Assembly: GCA_938017825.1 (NCBI GenBank) | Contig: CALIJE010000016.1 | Span: forward strand, 8,358 to 72,357 | Reading direction: 5' to 3' | Source of the DNA: an uncultured Flavobacteriaceae bacterium | GTDB lineage: Bacteria > Bacteroidota > Bacteroidia > Flavobacteriales > Flavobacteriaceae | Length of the DNA stretch: 64,000 bases | Part shown: positions 31,016-39,966 of the stretch, piece by piece | Position numbering within the stretch: position 1 is the first letter of the stretch | Layout of the letters: each line of letters opens with the position of its first letter | Notes under the pieces: generated by a model | The model's input: the letters and a program-made list of their open reading frames with translations, nothing else | Databases searched by the model: none | What the model was told of the DNA's origin: nothing | Translations under genes and position numbers: made by a program

Positions 31016-31963
31016 TTATTTAAGCTCGTGATTAAAGTACTCGATTAAATCACTCTCCGCAGCAATATAGCCAAAGGAGCTCCATGCATTGCTGGTCACG
31101 ATCTTCGCCATGGCTTCTTTCGATTTTTCCTTTTCACTAGTGTAAAAATGCCAATTGGCAAGCCCGTATAAAATAGCATCAGAAGACGGACTGCCTGTTT
31201 TGGTCTGTGATAGGGAATCTATGGGAATGAGGTTTTTATAAAATTTACAAAGCTTATAGTAACTATGATTTTCTATGACATTCATTTCGTTGGATATGGG
31301 TGCCAACATCTCATTTGCAAGCTCAGTATTTCCGAGGCGTCTTTGAATCATGTACAACCAATGGGTGCTAGAAACGATATTATCATCAAGCGTGCCAGAG
31401 GCACGGCATTTCACATAAGCCTCGTAAGCCCTTTCATAGTCGTGCGTTAGATAATATGCTAAACCTAAGTGATACCAGATATTACCGTGCAATGTGCTCA
31501 CAGGAATGTTCATTGCATTTGGCATGCCATCAGGTTCAATTTCATTTTCGGTATCCTTAATGAGTTCGCCGGCTTTTTCGAGATCAGCGATAGCCTCATC
31601 GAACTTTCGTAATGATATGTAGCGATGACCTCTATGCCTATATAATCGAGGTTCATTTGGGAATGATTTTATTCCTTTTGAATATATGGCAATGGCGTCT
31701 GCATACTTTCCTAGGTAAGCGGTTCTTCGTCCAAACCAAATGATATGATCCACATCTTTGGAGTCGTTCTCGTATTTCGCTTTAGCGGTCTGGTATTGAT
31801 CTACTAGTTTCTCTGAGGGTTTAGGCAAGGTAATTTCCTTACCCAAAGGGGTAACAAAATCAACTTGGGCCGCAGGAGTATCGGTTTCTTTTTTGTCGCT
31901 TCGGCAGCCCGTAATCAACAAAGTTATTGTTAAAAGTAATAGCGATTTCTTTATACAGATCAT
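31016..31963 (-). CDS. TPR lipoprotein
   Basis: Lipobox ITGC; TPR-like helices (LYRHRGHRY..., WYHLGLAYY). Confidence 0.8.
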   Translation of the reverse strand: MICIKKSLLLLTITLLITGCRSDKKETDTPAAQVDFVTPLGKEITLPKPSEKLVDQYQTAKAKYENDSKDVDHIIWFGRRTAYLGKYADAIAIYSKGIKSFPNEPRLYRHRGHRYISLRKFDEAIADLEKAGELIKDTENEIEPDGMPNAMNIPVSTLHGNIWYHLGLAYYLTHDYERAYEAYVKCRASGTLDDNIVSSTHWLYMIQRRLGNTELANEMLAPISNEMNVIENHSYYKLCKFYKNLIPIDSLSQTKTGSPSSDAILYGLANWHFYTSEKEKSKEAMAKIVTSNAWSSFGYIAAESDLIEYFNHELK

Positions 31964-32785
31964 CTAGATTATTTTTTCTGCAATAACTTCGATCATTAAA
32001 CAAGTGCAGATCGAGGCTCCACTTACTTTTTCTAGGGCCTCTAAATCTTCTAGGGCGGAGTCTACCTCTTGAGGGGTCAGATAGTTCTGTTCGATCAATC
32101 TGGGAAAGTAACTTTGAAAGAAGGTTTTTGGCCATTGCCAAATACCATTATCGGGGGTAGCTATTTTTGCCATTGGTCTAAACCCAATGATCTTCATTCC
32201 GATTTCTGGAAGCAATGAGGGCAAGTTTCTTCCTATATCTACTTCGTTATCCGTGTCTTTGAAGCTTTTTAGCGCCTGTGATATTGCATGGGCAAGAGCT
32301 TCCTTTCTAGGCTCGGTCTGTAGCAACGACCAATCGTAATATTCTTGAATGACCATTCTTCCTCCAGGCTTTAGCGCTTGCACAACCTTTTGTAATACCT
32401 CCTTCGGATTAGGTATCCAGGCCAACGCCCATCGGCAATACATACCATCTAAGCTAGAAGGTTCAAGTAGCATATTGTCAAAATCAGCTTGCATCGCCAA
32501 GATATTAAGGTTATGTCGAGAAGCTGTTTCTTGGAGAAATTCAATATATTTTTCTGATTTATCAATGCCGATAACCTTCCCCTTTTCTCCTACAAGAAAT
32601 GCGAGTTCCTCAGAACAGTATCCTGGTCCGCAGCCTAGATCAAGTATCGTTTGACCAGGCCTAAATTGTGCGACACGCCATCCATGTTGGGCCTCTTCTG
32701 CCCAAACTTGATGTTGAACGCCCAATCTAAAAAGCTCTTCTTTGTCGGTTCCTAAGATATACGCCTTTTCCTCCTTCACGCTCAT
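31964..32785 (-). CDS. Class I SAM-dependent methyltransferase
   Basis: ILDLGCGPG, VIGID, ALKPGG. Confidence 0.92.
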   Translation of the reverse strand: MSVKEEKAYILGTDKEELFRLGVQHQVWAEEAQHGWRVAQFRPGQTILDLGCGPGYCSEELAFLVGEKGKVIGIDKSEKYIEFLQETASRHNLNILAMQADFDNMLLEPSSLDGMYCRWALAWIPNPKEVLQKVVQALKPGGRMVIQEYYDWSLLQTEPRKEALAHAISQALKSFKDTDNEVDIGRNLPSLLPEIGMKIIGFRPMAKIATPDNGIWQWPKTFFQSYFPRLIEQNYLTPQEVDSALEDLEALEKVSGASICTCLMIEVIAEKII

Positions 32786-32905
32786 TTATATTTTTATAAT
32801 TCTGATCAAATCAAAAATCATATCAAATTATACAATACTAAAATAAGGTATTCAACAACAGCTTGGAAGTATTTGGGTCGTTAAAGAAGTGGTACTTATA
32901 GTGTG

Positions 32906-33361
32906 TTAAGTCTTCAAGGTTCTTAGGCCTTCGTACACAACTATGCCAACTGCATTCGCTAGATTGAGACTGCGAATATGTTCGCTGTATAACGGAATTT
33001 TGTAGAGATGATCTTTATTTATTGCTAGGAGTTGCTTCGAAAGGCCGACAGATTCTTTTCCAAAAATCAGGAACATGTTATCTGTAAATTCAATATCCCA
33101 ATAGGGACGTTCCCCGTGACTTGAGAAATAGACCAGCTCTTTGGTACCATGTGTCTCTAGGAATTCTAAAGTATTTTCGTAAATGCAAATAGAAATATGT
33201 GGCCAATAATCAAGTCCGGCTCTTTTGAGGCGTTTATCGGTTAACTCAAAACCAAATGGTTTCACCAAATGTAAGGTAGCGCCTGTTGCTAAGGCGAGCC
33301 GGCCAATATTCCCTGTATTATTAGGAATTTCTGGTTCTATGAGTACAATATTGAGGCCCAT
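32906..33361 (-). CDS. trmL: tRNA (cytidine/uridine-34-2'-O)-methyltransferase
   Basis: PEIPNNTGNI, KRAGLDYW, FGKES, RSLNL; ATG at 33361 overlaps the upstream stop (TAATG). Confidence 0.93.
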   Translation of the reverse strand: MGLNIVLIEPEIPNNTGNIGRLALATGATLHLVKPFGFELTDKRLKRAGLDYWPHISICIYENTLEFLETHGTKELVYFSSHGERPYWDIEFTDNMFLIFGKESVGLSKQLLAINKDHLYKIPLYSEHIRSLNLANAVGIVVYEGLRTLKT

Positions 33362-33579
33362 TATCGTTGCATGGATTTCAGATACAAATGCTCTACTTTT
33401 TCTCTTGCCCAAGGTGTTCTCCTTAAAAACTTCAAGGAAGACTTTATAGACGGGTTGCTCTTAAAACAATTGATGTTTACTTGCTCGGCAAGTTCTTCCC
33501 ACGAATATTTATGGGTTAGATGTTCTAAAATATCCACCAGTTTTATTCCGTGAAGCGGATTATTGGGTTGTTCTTGCAT
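33361..33579 (-). CDS. VF530/DUF2132-family small putative DNA-binding protein
   Basis: [31 protein letters not shown]. Confidence 0.9.
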   Translation of the reverse strand: MQEQPNNPLHGIKLVDILEHLTHKYSWEELAEQVNINCFKSNPSIKSSLKFLRRTPWAREKVEHLYLKSMQR

Positions 33580-33698
33580 TGTTGATCATGTGCTAGCGAA
33601 AAGTTGTTTTTGCGATCTTTAAAAGATCGTTTATGGATTGTCAAAGCTTTAAGGCAATACGTATAACAAGATAGCATTTTTGTTAATTCCTATAAATG

Positions 33699-33726
33699 AA
33701 AAAACTCCGGTAATCAGCCGGAGTTT
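33699..33726 (-). terminator. Intrinsic terminator downstream of rpoD
   Basis: AAACTCCGG-N7-CCGGAGTTT with a T6 tail on the minus strand. Confidence 0.7.
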
Positions 33727-33839
33727 ATTCATCAATCAAAAAACGAACAGTCATGATAACTGTTGTTATTGTTAAAATTACAATTTATATGCCACAAATT
33801 AAAATTTAAGGCAATCTTAACAGATAAATTGCAATTTGC

Positions 33840-34703
33840 TTAGCCCAGATACGTTTTCAAGATCTTGCTTCGCGAGGTATGTTTTAGCCTACGAATGGCT
33901 TTTTCTTTAATTTGACGAACTCTTTCTCTAGTTAAGTCGAAGGTTTCTCCAATTTCTTCCAAAGTCATCGAATGTTGACCGGCCAATCCAAAATAAAGGC
34001 GAATCACATCTGCTTCCCTTGGTGTCAGGGTTTCTAGAGCTCTTTCAATTTCCGTTCGCAATGACTCGTGCAACAATTCCTTATCAGGATTAGGAGATTC
34101 TCCACTACGAAGTACATCGTAAAGATTCGAATCTTCCCCGTCAATCAACGGTGCATCCATCGATACATGACGACCTGCGTTTTTAAGGGATTGCTTTACA
34201 TCGGCAACGGTCATATCCAATTCTTTTGCAATTTCTTCAGGAGAAGGCTTTCGTTCGTGCGCCTGCTCTAAAAAAGCAAAAGTCTTATTGATCTTGTTGA
34301 TCGAACCAATCTTGTTCAAAGGCAATCGAACAATACGCGATTGTTCGGCCAAAGCTTGTAAAATCGATTGGCGGATCCACCAAACGGCATAAGAGATAAA
34401 CTTAAAACCACGTGTTTCATCGAATCGTTGTGCCGCTTTGATCAATCCTAAGTTTCCTTCATTGATCAAATCTGGCAGAGTAAGGCCTTGGTTTTGGTAC
34501 TGCTTGGCAACCGATACTACGAATCGAAGATTGGCTTTTGTAAGTTTTTCAAGAGCGATCTGGTCGCCTGCCTTGATGCGTTGAGCCAATTCTACTTCTT
34601 CATCAGCGGTAATCAAGTCTACTTTGCCGATTTCTTGCAAGTACTTGTCCAAAGATGCGGTCTCTCTATTAGTGACCTGTTTTGTAATCTTAAGCTGTCT
34701 CAT
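33840..34703 (-). CDS. rpoD: Primary sigma factor (short Bacteroidota type lacking region 1.1)
   Basis: [43 protein letters not shown]; 287 aa. Confidence 0.95.
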   Translation of the reverse strand: MRQLKITKQVTNRETASLDKYLQEIGKVDLITADEEVELAQRIKAGDQIALEKLTKANLRFVVSVAKQYQNQGLTLPDLINEGNLGLIKAAQRFDETRGFKFISYAVWWIRQSILQALAEQSRIVRLPLNKIGSINKINKTFAFLEQAHERKPSPEEIAKELDMTVADVKQSLKNAGRHVSMDAPLIDGEDSNLYDVLRSGESPNPDKELLHESLRTEIERALETLTPREADVIRLYFGLAGQHSMTLEEIGETFDLTRERVRQIKEKAIRRLKHTSRSKILKTYLG

Positions 34704-34744
34704 GTAATTAAATTAAGTTCATAAATGCATAGACTGCATATACT

Positions 34745-34772
34745 TATACGTAGAAAAGCTATAAATGTTACA
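34745..34772 (-). promoter_or_regulatory. ECF-type promoter motif upstream of rpoD
   Basis: TGTAAC-N16-CGTATA, matching the generic ECF AAC...CGT pattern. Confidence 0.5.
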
Positions 34773-34810
34773 ATGAGGGGTGAAAAACTTTGTTTTTAGG
34801 TTGAAATGCA

Positions 34811-34835
34811 ATAAAATGGCCCGTATATGGGCCAT
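34811..34835 (-). terminator. Hairpin after the anti-sigma/barrel gene
   Basis: ATGGCCC-N6-GGGCCAT then TTTAT on the minus strand. Confidence 0.55.
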
Positions 34836-34845
34836 AAATGTGCGA

Positions 34846-36240
34846 TTAAAGCCTTATGGTCGTACCTACAACAAGTGAGAAGATGATTGGATTGGCATTC
34901 TTAAAGCTGCTTTCAAATGCATTTGGTTGATATTGGAGCATGGTTTCGGCGTCTATACTTATGCCGTCAAAGAGCTGATATTTTATGCCAACACCTAATG
35001 TAGGTGCGATGGTAAACTTTTTTAAATATGTGCTGCTGCCGATACGGTCTTTGCCCACTTGGCTTTCAACGTTTATTTTGGTGTTGCCCAATGCCATAAT
35101 ACTACTGCCTGCAATCGCATCAATACCCAAACGACCTTCTTTTATACGATACATTACCTCAAAGGGAAATACATAATAATCTACGTTTTGCTCGATCTTA
35201 AATTCATTATCGGGAGATAAGGTCTCGGTTAGATAGTTGGGCAAGGCTATTCTGGTATTGCTAAGTGCCCTTGAATTTACGATCGATTGATATTGGCCGG
35301 TTATGGTATCGGCAATATGAACGGCCTTGTTTGCATACAGCTTCAGGTTGGTTTTACGGTATCCAAACCTGAGAAGATATTTATCCGATATCGGAATGTT
35401 TATCAAAGCCCCATATGAATAGGATATTCCGGGTCGTAATTGACGATCGGCCAGCAAGTCGTCGAAAGGTAGGGTATTGCTTAAGTTGGCATACATATTC
35501 GGCCCTCCCTGAATAGAAAGGAGCCATTTTTTTGGGTTGTCTTTTTTCTTTTTCGGTAGGTCCTGTTCTTTCGCAAGCCTTTTCTTTTTTTCGACTACCT
35601 TATTGGGTATTGAATCGAGAAGTATTTCCTGCGCATCTTCTTCGTCAGCGTTCGACCTGGTATTATACAAAGTTTTTTCCGTGACTTTCATTGTCCCAGA
35701 GGAAATTTCTTGCTCTCTTCCTGCCCTAATTGGTTCTTCCTGTTTTAGACTCCCATTTTGAGAAGTCTTTTGTTCTTTCTGGATTGTCCCTTCATGAATA
35801 GTGAGCTTTCCTTTTTTTGATTTTGAATTTTTTGTGTTGGAGACATTGACCATATTTCTCGTAGCTCCGTGTTCTCTTTCGCCATCCTGATTTGCCTCAA
35901 GAGTTTTTTTCAACTGATTATCGGTGGTTGCCCCATTATTCGTTCTTTTGTCATTGGGGCTGCTTACAGTTTTGTTTTGCTGCAGTGTATCCGATTTGCC
36001 ATAGATCGGATTTGATGGTTGATCTAGTACAGGTGTATTAGAACTCTGATTGCTGAAATAGGCAATCGACAGGAAGGTCAAAATAGTAAATGCGCCTAGC
36101 CATAACCATATAAAACCACGTCTTTTTTGCTTTTGGTCCAAGGTTTTTTCAATTTGAGACCAAAGCGCAGTACTCGGCTCCGCTTCAGCATTAGCCAAGC
36201 GCTCCTTAAAGAGTTTTCCTAGGTCTTTCTTATCTTCCAT
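34846..36240 (-). CDS. Putative anti-sigma factor: cytoplasmic domain + TM + long linker + C-terminal outer-membrane beta-barrel
   Basis: LFKERL...P...LWSQIE, TM FIWLWLGAFTILTFLSIAYF, ~170 aa polar linker, amphipathic strands ending VGTTIRL; overlaps the ECF stop. Confidence 0.78.
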   Translation of the reverse strand: MEDKKDLGKLFKERLANAEAEPSTALWSQIEKTLDQKQKRRGFIWLWLGAFTILTFLSIAYFSNQSSNTPVLDQPSNPIYGKSDTLQQNKTVSSPNDKRTNNGATTDNQLKKTLEANQDGEREHGATRNMVNVSNTKNSKSKKGKLTIHEGTIQKEQKTSQNGSLKQEEPIRAGREQEISSGTMKVTEKTLYNTRSNADEEDAQEILLDSIPNKVVEKKKRLAKEQDLPKKKKDNPKKWLLSIQGGPNMYANLSNTLPFDDLLADRQLRPGISYSYGALINIPISDKYLLRFGYRKTNLKLYANKAVHIADTITGQYQSIVNSRALSNTRIALPNYLTETLSPDNEFKIEQNVDYYVFPFEVMYRIKEGRLGIDAIAGSSIMALGNTKINVESQVGKDRIGSSTYLKKFTIAPTLGVGIKYQLFDGISIDAETMLQYQPNAFESSFKNANPIIFSLVVGTTIRL

Positions 36241-36793
36241 TAGAACTGGTTTTCAACGGCCTTACTTCTTTCAATGCTAAAATGCGCTGTTTTAATATGG
36301 CCTTCCCTCTATGCAAATTTGATTTTGACGAACTTTCAGAGATCTGTAACATCTTTGCGATTTCCCGATGCGAAAAGTCATCGAGTTCATATAAGTTAAA
36401 TACAAGCCGATACTGAGTTGGTAGCTCTTGCACAAGCGACATTAAAACTTCCAAGGATGGTGGCAGATCATCTTTATGCAAGGTATTGGTCTCGGTTATT
36501 AATTCGCTTTGTTTTTCATGCATCGAAAAAACCGTATACTTTTTATACTTATCGATAGCCTTATTGATAGCGATACGTTTCATCCAACCTTCAAAAGAAC
36601 CTCTCCCTGAATATTTTCGGATTTTATCGAAGACTTCGATAAATACATCGTGCAAGTGATCCTCTGCCTCTGAACGAGAATTGCAGTACTTAAGGCAAAC
36701 TGGGAACAACTTTTTTCTATAGGTATTATAGAGTGCTTCTTGAGCCCCACGGTCTTTTTTGATACACCTTTTTATGAGTTGATCTACATTCAA
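36230..36793 (-). CDS. ECF RNA polymerase sigma factor
   Basis: AEDHLHDVF, GSFEGWMKRI (region 2); FSHREIAKMLQISESSSKSNLHR (region 4); TTG start. Confidence 0.95.
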   Translation of the reverse strand: MNVDQLIKRCIKKDRGAQEALYNTYRKKLFPVCLKYCNSRSEAEDHLHDVFIEVFDKIRKYSGRGSFEGWMKRIAINKAIDKYKKYTVFSMHEKQSELITETNTLHKDDLPPSLEVLMSLVQELPTQYRLVFNLYELDDFSHREIAKMLQISESSSKSNLHRGKAILKQRILALKEVRPLKTSSNGR

Positions 36794-36864
36794 CTAGTAC
36801 GTACTTTGAATTAGGGTATTAGGTTCTCTTCCAATATGGCCAATCACCTGCAAAATTTTTACCA

Positions 36865-37806
36865 TCATTGTTGTGCTGATTCTTCTTCCTCACATTCTTT
36901 CTCCAAAGTGAATAGTGCTGTTAGCACTTCTTCCTGTTCACCGTCTTCGGTACTTATTAATTCGGTGTAACTTTTTTCTAGTTCAATCTTTTCTAGGTCA
37001 ATATAATTGATTTTCCAATCAAAATTCCATTCAAGTTTCACAGAATCTTGTGCTACGGCCATCCCGTTTTCATCTTCTTCAACAGGCCCAAAATTTATAT
37101 TCATATGAAGATCGGCACCAATGAAATAGAATATCCAAGTACCGGTTTCTCTTTCATATTCTGGGTTTTGCTCCTCAGGATTCTCTTCTTCCCCTTCTTC
37201 GGTTTCCACTGCCTCTTCTGGTTGGAGCACGGAAAAAACAACACTGCCATCTTCCCGTAGCGTAAAGAAGGATTCAATATACGGACTGTCCTCAGGATTA
37301 CTTTCCGTGATTTTCCAAATACAATCCTGTACAATTGCGTTGCAACCACCGATTATGATTTCCAATTCTTCCTCAATACACGTTTCAAGCGATTGTAGTA
37401 GTTCATCATTGCTGTTGACTGTAACGGGCGTTCCGTCTATAAGATTCCCGGAAATAGGATAACTAAGGCCTATTGAGTAACCATCTTGCAGTTCGTTTAG
37501 GATCGAGGTAAAATTTTGATTGCCCAGCACCGAGACTTGATTCACGTAGGTATCGTTTTCATCGAACCGGAATAATACGAAAGGGTAAATGAATTCGATA
37601 CAACCTACCTCTGTTATGGTATCTTGTTTTACTTGGGCAACTAGGTTCAGATAGGAATACAGATCGTCTTCTTGTGCAATGGTCGTTACATTCTCGATAT
37701 TTCTCGGCGGGAATGCATCGATTTCTTGATCAAAATAATTTCCAAAATCCTTATTACAAGATATAAGGCAAAACAATAGGACAATAGGTATGATTAACTT
37801 CTTCAT
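36865..37806 (-). CDS. Acidic lipoprotein of unknown function
   Basis: Lipobox LISC; very E/D-rich; repeated YP strand motif. Confidence 0.75.
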   Translation of the reverse strand: MKKLIIPIVLLFCLISCNKDFGNYFDQEIDAFPPRNIENVTTIAQEDDLYSYLNLVAQVKQDTITEVGCIEFIYPFVLFRFDENDTYVNQVSVLGNQNFTSILNELQDGYSIGLSYPISGNLIDGTPVTVNSNDELLQSLETCIEEELEIIIGGCNAIVQDCIWKITESNPEDSPYIESFFTLREDGSVVFSVLQPEEAVETEEGEEENPEEQNPEYERETGTWIFYFIGADLHMNINFGPVEEDENGMAVAQDSVKLEWNFDWKINYIDLEKIELEKSYTELISTEDGEQEEVLTALFTLEKECEEEESAQQ

Positions 37807-37826
37807 AAAACAAGGCTTTATTAGGT

Positions 37827-37852
37827 AGTCTTGTTAATCACGAAAGGGTTGC
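37827..37852 (-). promoter_or_regulatory. ECF-type promoter motif at the head of the lipoprotein-ECF-anti-sigma unit
   Basis: GCAACC-N15-AGACT, about 20 nt upstream of ATG 37806. Confidence 0.5.
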
Positions 37853-37997
37853 GTCTATATTTTGAAAAATGTTTATCGACCAGCAAAAATGAAATAGATT
37901 ATAATTTTTTTTGAAGCGTTTCATTGATATTCCATACGATTTTATATATGGTATAGTAATTGAGAATACACTTTAGATAACCAAACGAAATTTGAAA

Positions 37998-39899
37998 ATG
38001 AAGAAGATCTCATTGAACTTTGTTTTTTTTCTACTTTTTGTCATGGCAAATTGTTTTGCTCAAAGCGCTATTCATGGAATCGTATTTCCAGATTCGGAAG
38101 CGAAAAGAGAATATAATTGTAAGCAGTGTTTTGCTGCTTTTCAACAAAGGCCAAAGGAAGTTAATTTCTCAATAAAGCGGGTAAACAATAATCTGTATTT
38201 TCAGACCAATGATAAAAAGTGGTTTGATACTCTCTTTAAAAACCCCAAAGACGGTATCGCCGTTGATGTGGTCAACAAAAAAATTTATGAATGTAATCTA
38301 TCGTCCGTAAAAACGCCACAGATTAAAGGAAAACTGTTAAGACCCGTGTACTCCACACAACTTAAAAAAGGACTGAAGTTAAAGGAAGAAGGGGTTTATA
38401 GAACGTTGGTCGGAAGGATTTCTTCAGAACTCACTAAAGAGGACTTGGAGTATAATATTTTGTTCTTGGGCAATAAGAATCTATGTCAGTACTATGTCGT
38501 TTCAAACCTCAGGGCTTACAACTGGGATTTATTGGATATGGGTATGTATCTAGACTCAATTAGTTTTGATAATAAGGGAATGGTAGCAGACGGATCAATG
38601 ATGAAAGGATTGAAAACCAGGTATAAGAAATTGAAATTCACAATACCTTTTGAAAAGAACAAGTCGCACTACGTACCAAGTGACATTAAACCACTTTATG
38701 ATTCTCTACATTTAACGGACTTCAATATTAAACGTATTCTTATAAAAGCGTATTCCTCAATCGAGGGAAGTTTAGAGCGGAATTTGCAACTTCAAAAGCA
38801 ACGGAGCAAGAGCATTGTGAGTGCCCTGCAAGAATATCAGAAACCCAGTATAGATACAGAAATTACAATGGCTGAAAATTGGGTCGACTTTTTGAATGAT
38901 ATTCAAGGTAGCGAATATGAGGCATTAAAATCGATGAATAAATCACAGCTAAAGGACAAGTTGATAGGTTCATATGCGCAAGAAATGGAGTCGATTCTAA
39001 AAAACCATCGGAAGGCGATTATCACTTTGGAACTTGAAAAGAAAGATGAATACGTCAAATTGCCCCTAAATGATTTGGTGCAACAATTTAATGATGCTAT
39101 AAAACAAGATGAACTAAAAGAAGCAGCAAAAATTCAAAATTCCTTGTTCAATAGATTAAAATATCATGAAGTATCACCAGATATTTTAGACGAATTGGAG
39201 GTGCCTGAACAATTGAAATATGTTCGTTTCTTGAATAATAGAAGCGCCTTTAAGTACCAACTTAATGACAGAAATATCTTGATCGTTAAAAATGAACTTG
39301 AATTGCTCGAAAAGTTAGACCCGACGAATAAGAGAATAAAATATAATTTGGTGGCCATAGATTTTAAGATATGGCGATTCAAAATTGCGTCAATTGATGA
39401 GAATGCGCTTAAAAAAAAGGTTCTTGGGTTGAAAAAGTTCGGCATTTCGAACAACTTGATCCAACGTATGATGATTAACTTTTATATCATAAAGAGTGAG
39501 CGTTACATGAGAGCCAAAGACTATGTGAATAAAGATATTGCCGTAAACAAGGTTATAGCCAAATACCAGGGCCTCCTCCTTTCAGATGTTGATTATTTTA
39601 GTCTTGCTCAATTTTTGGCCTATTATAGCAATGTGAAGCAAGCAGCAAAACTACTAGTACCGAAAGTGCGCAACGTGGTCGTAGATGAGGATTTACTGTT
39701 CTATTATTTAAATCTAACGCTTACCGATAATGAACTTACCAAAACAGATGATTATCGCGCTATTATGTTGAATGCCATAAATCTTGATCAAATAAGGTAT
39801 TGTGGTCTGTTTGAACCAACGGAAAAGGATGGTGTTACCTTTCAACTCCTGGAGGACGACTATCTTAGAAAGACGTATTGCGAAAATTGTAATCAATAG
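37998..39899 (+). CDS. Exported hypothetical protein with OmpA-like central domain and helical C-terminus
   Basis: Signal peptide ending CFA-Q; PFEKNKS...IKAYSSIEG...NLQLQKQRS; CxxC near both termini. Confidence 0.65.
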   Translation: MKKISLNFVFFLLFVMANCFAQSAIHGIVFPDSEAKREYNCKQCFAAFQQRPKEVNFSIKRVNNNLYFQTNDKKWFDTLFKNPKDGIAVDVVNKKIYECNLSSVKTPQIKGKLLRPVYSTQLKKGLKLKEEGVYRTLVGRISSELTKEDLEYNILFLGNKNLCQYYVVSNLRAYNWDLLDMGMYLDSISFDNKGMVADGSMMKGLKTRYKKLKFTIPFEKNKSHYVPSDIKPLYDSLHLTDFNIKRILIKAYSSIEGSLERNLQLQKQRSKSIVSALQEYQKPSIDTEITMAENWVDFLNDIQGSEYEALKSMNKSQLKDKLIGSYAQEMESILKNHRKAIITLELEKKDEYVKLPLNDLVQQFNDAIKQDELKEAAKIQNSLFNRLKYHEVSPDILDELEVPEQLKYVRFLNNRSAFKYQLNDRNILIVKNELELLEKLDPTNKRIKYNLVAIDFKIWRFKIASIDENALKKKVLGLKKFGISNNLIQRMMINFYIIKSERYMRAKDYVNKDIAVNKVIAKYQGLLLSDVDYFSLAQFLAYYSNVKQAAKLLVPKVRNVVVDEDLLFYYLNLTLTDNELTKTDDYRAIMLNAINLDQIRYCGLFEPTEKDGVTFQLLEDDYLRKTYCENCNQ

Positions 39900-39917
39900 A
39901 TAGCAGCTCTTATAAAT

Positions 39918-39946
39918 AAAAAAAGCCCCAATCTTTCGATTGAGGC
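39918..39946 (-). terminator. Intrinsic terminator of pnp
   Basis: Minus strand GCCTCAATC-GAAA-GATTGGGGC followed by T7. Confidence 0.85.
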
Positions 39947-39966
39947 CTCATATGTGTTAGAAGAAA

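Noticed and set aside
33727-33839. Long rpoD 3' region with short palindromes (AACAGT-N7-ACTGTT, AAATTGCAATTT)
   Set aside because: AT-rich, weak stems; not enough to call an RNA
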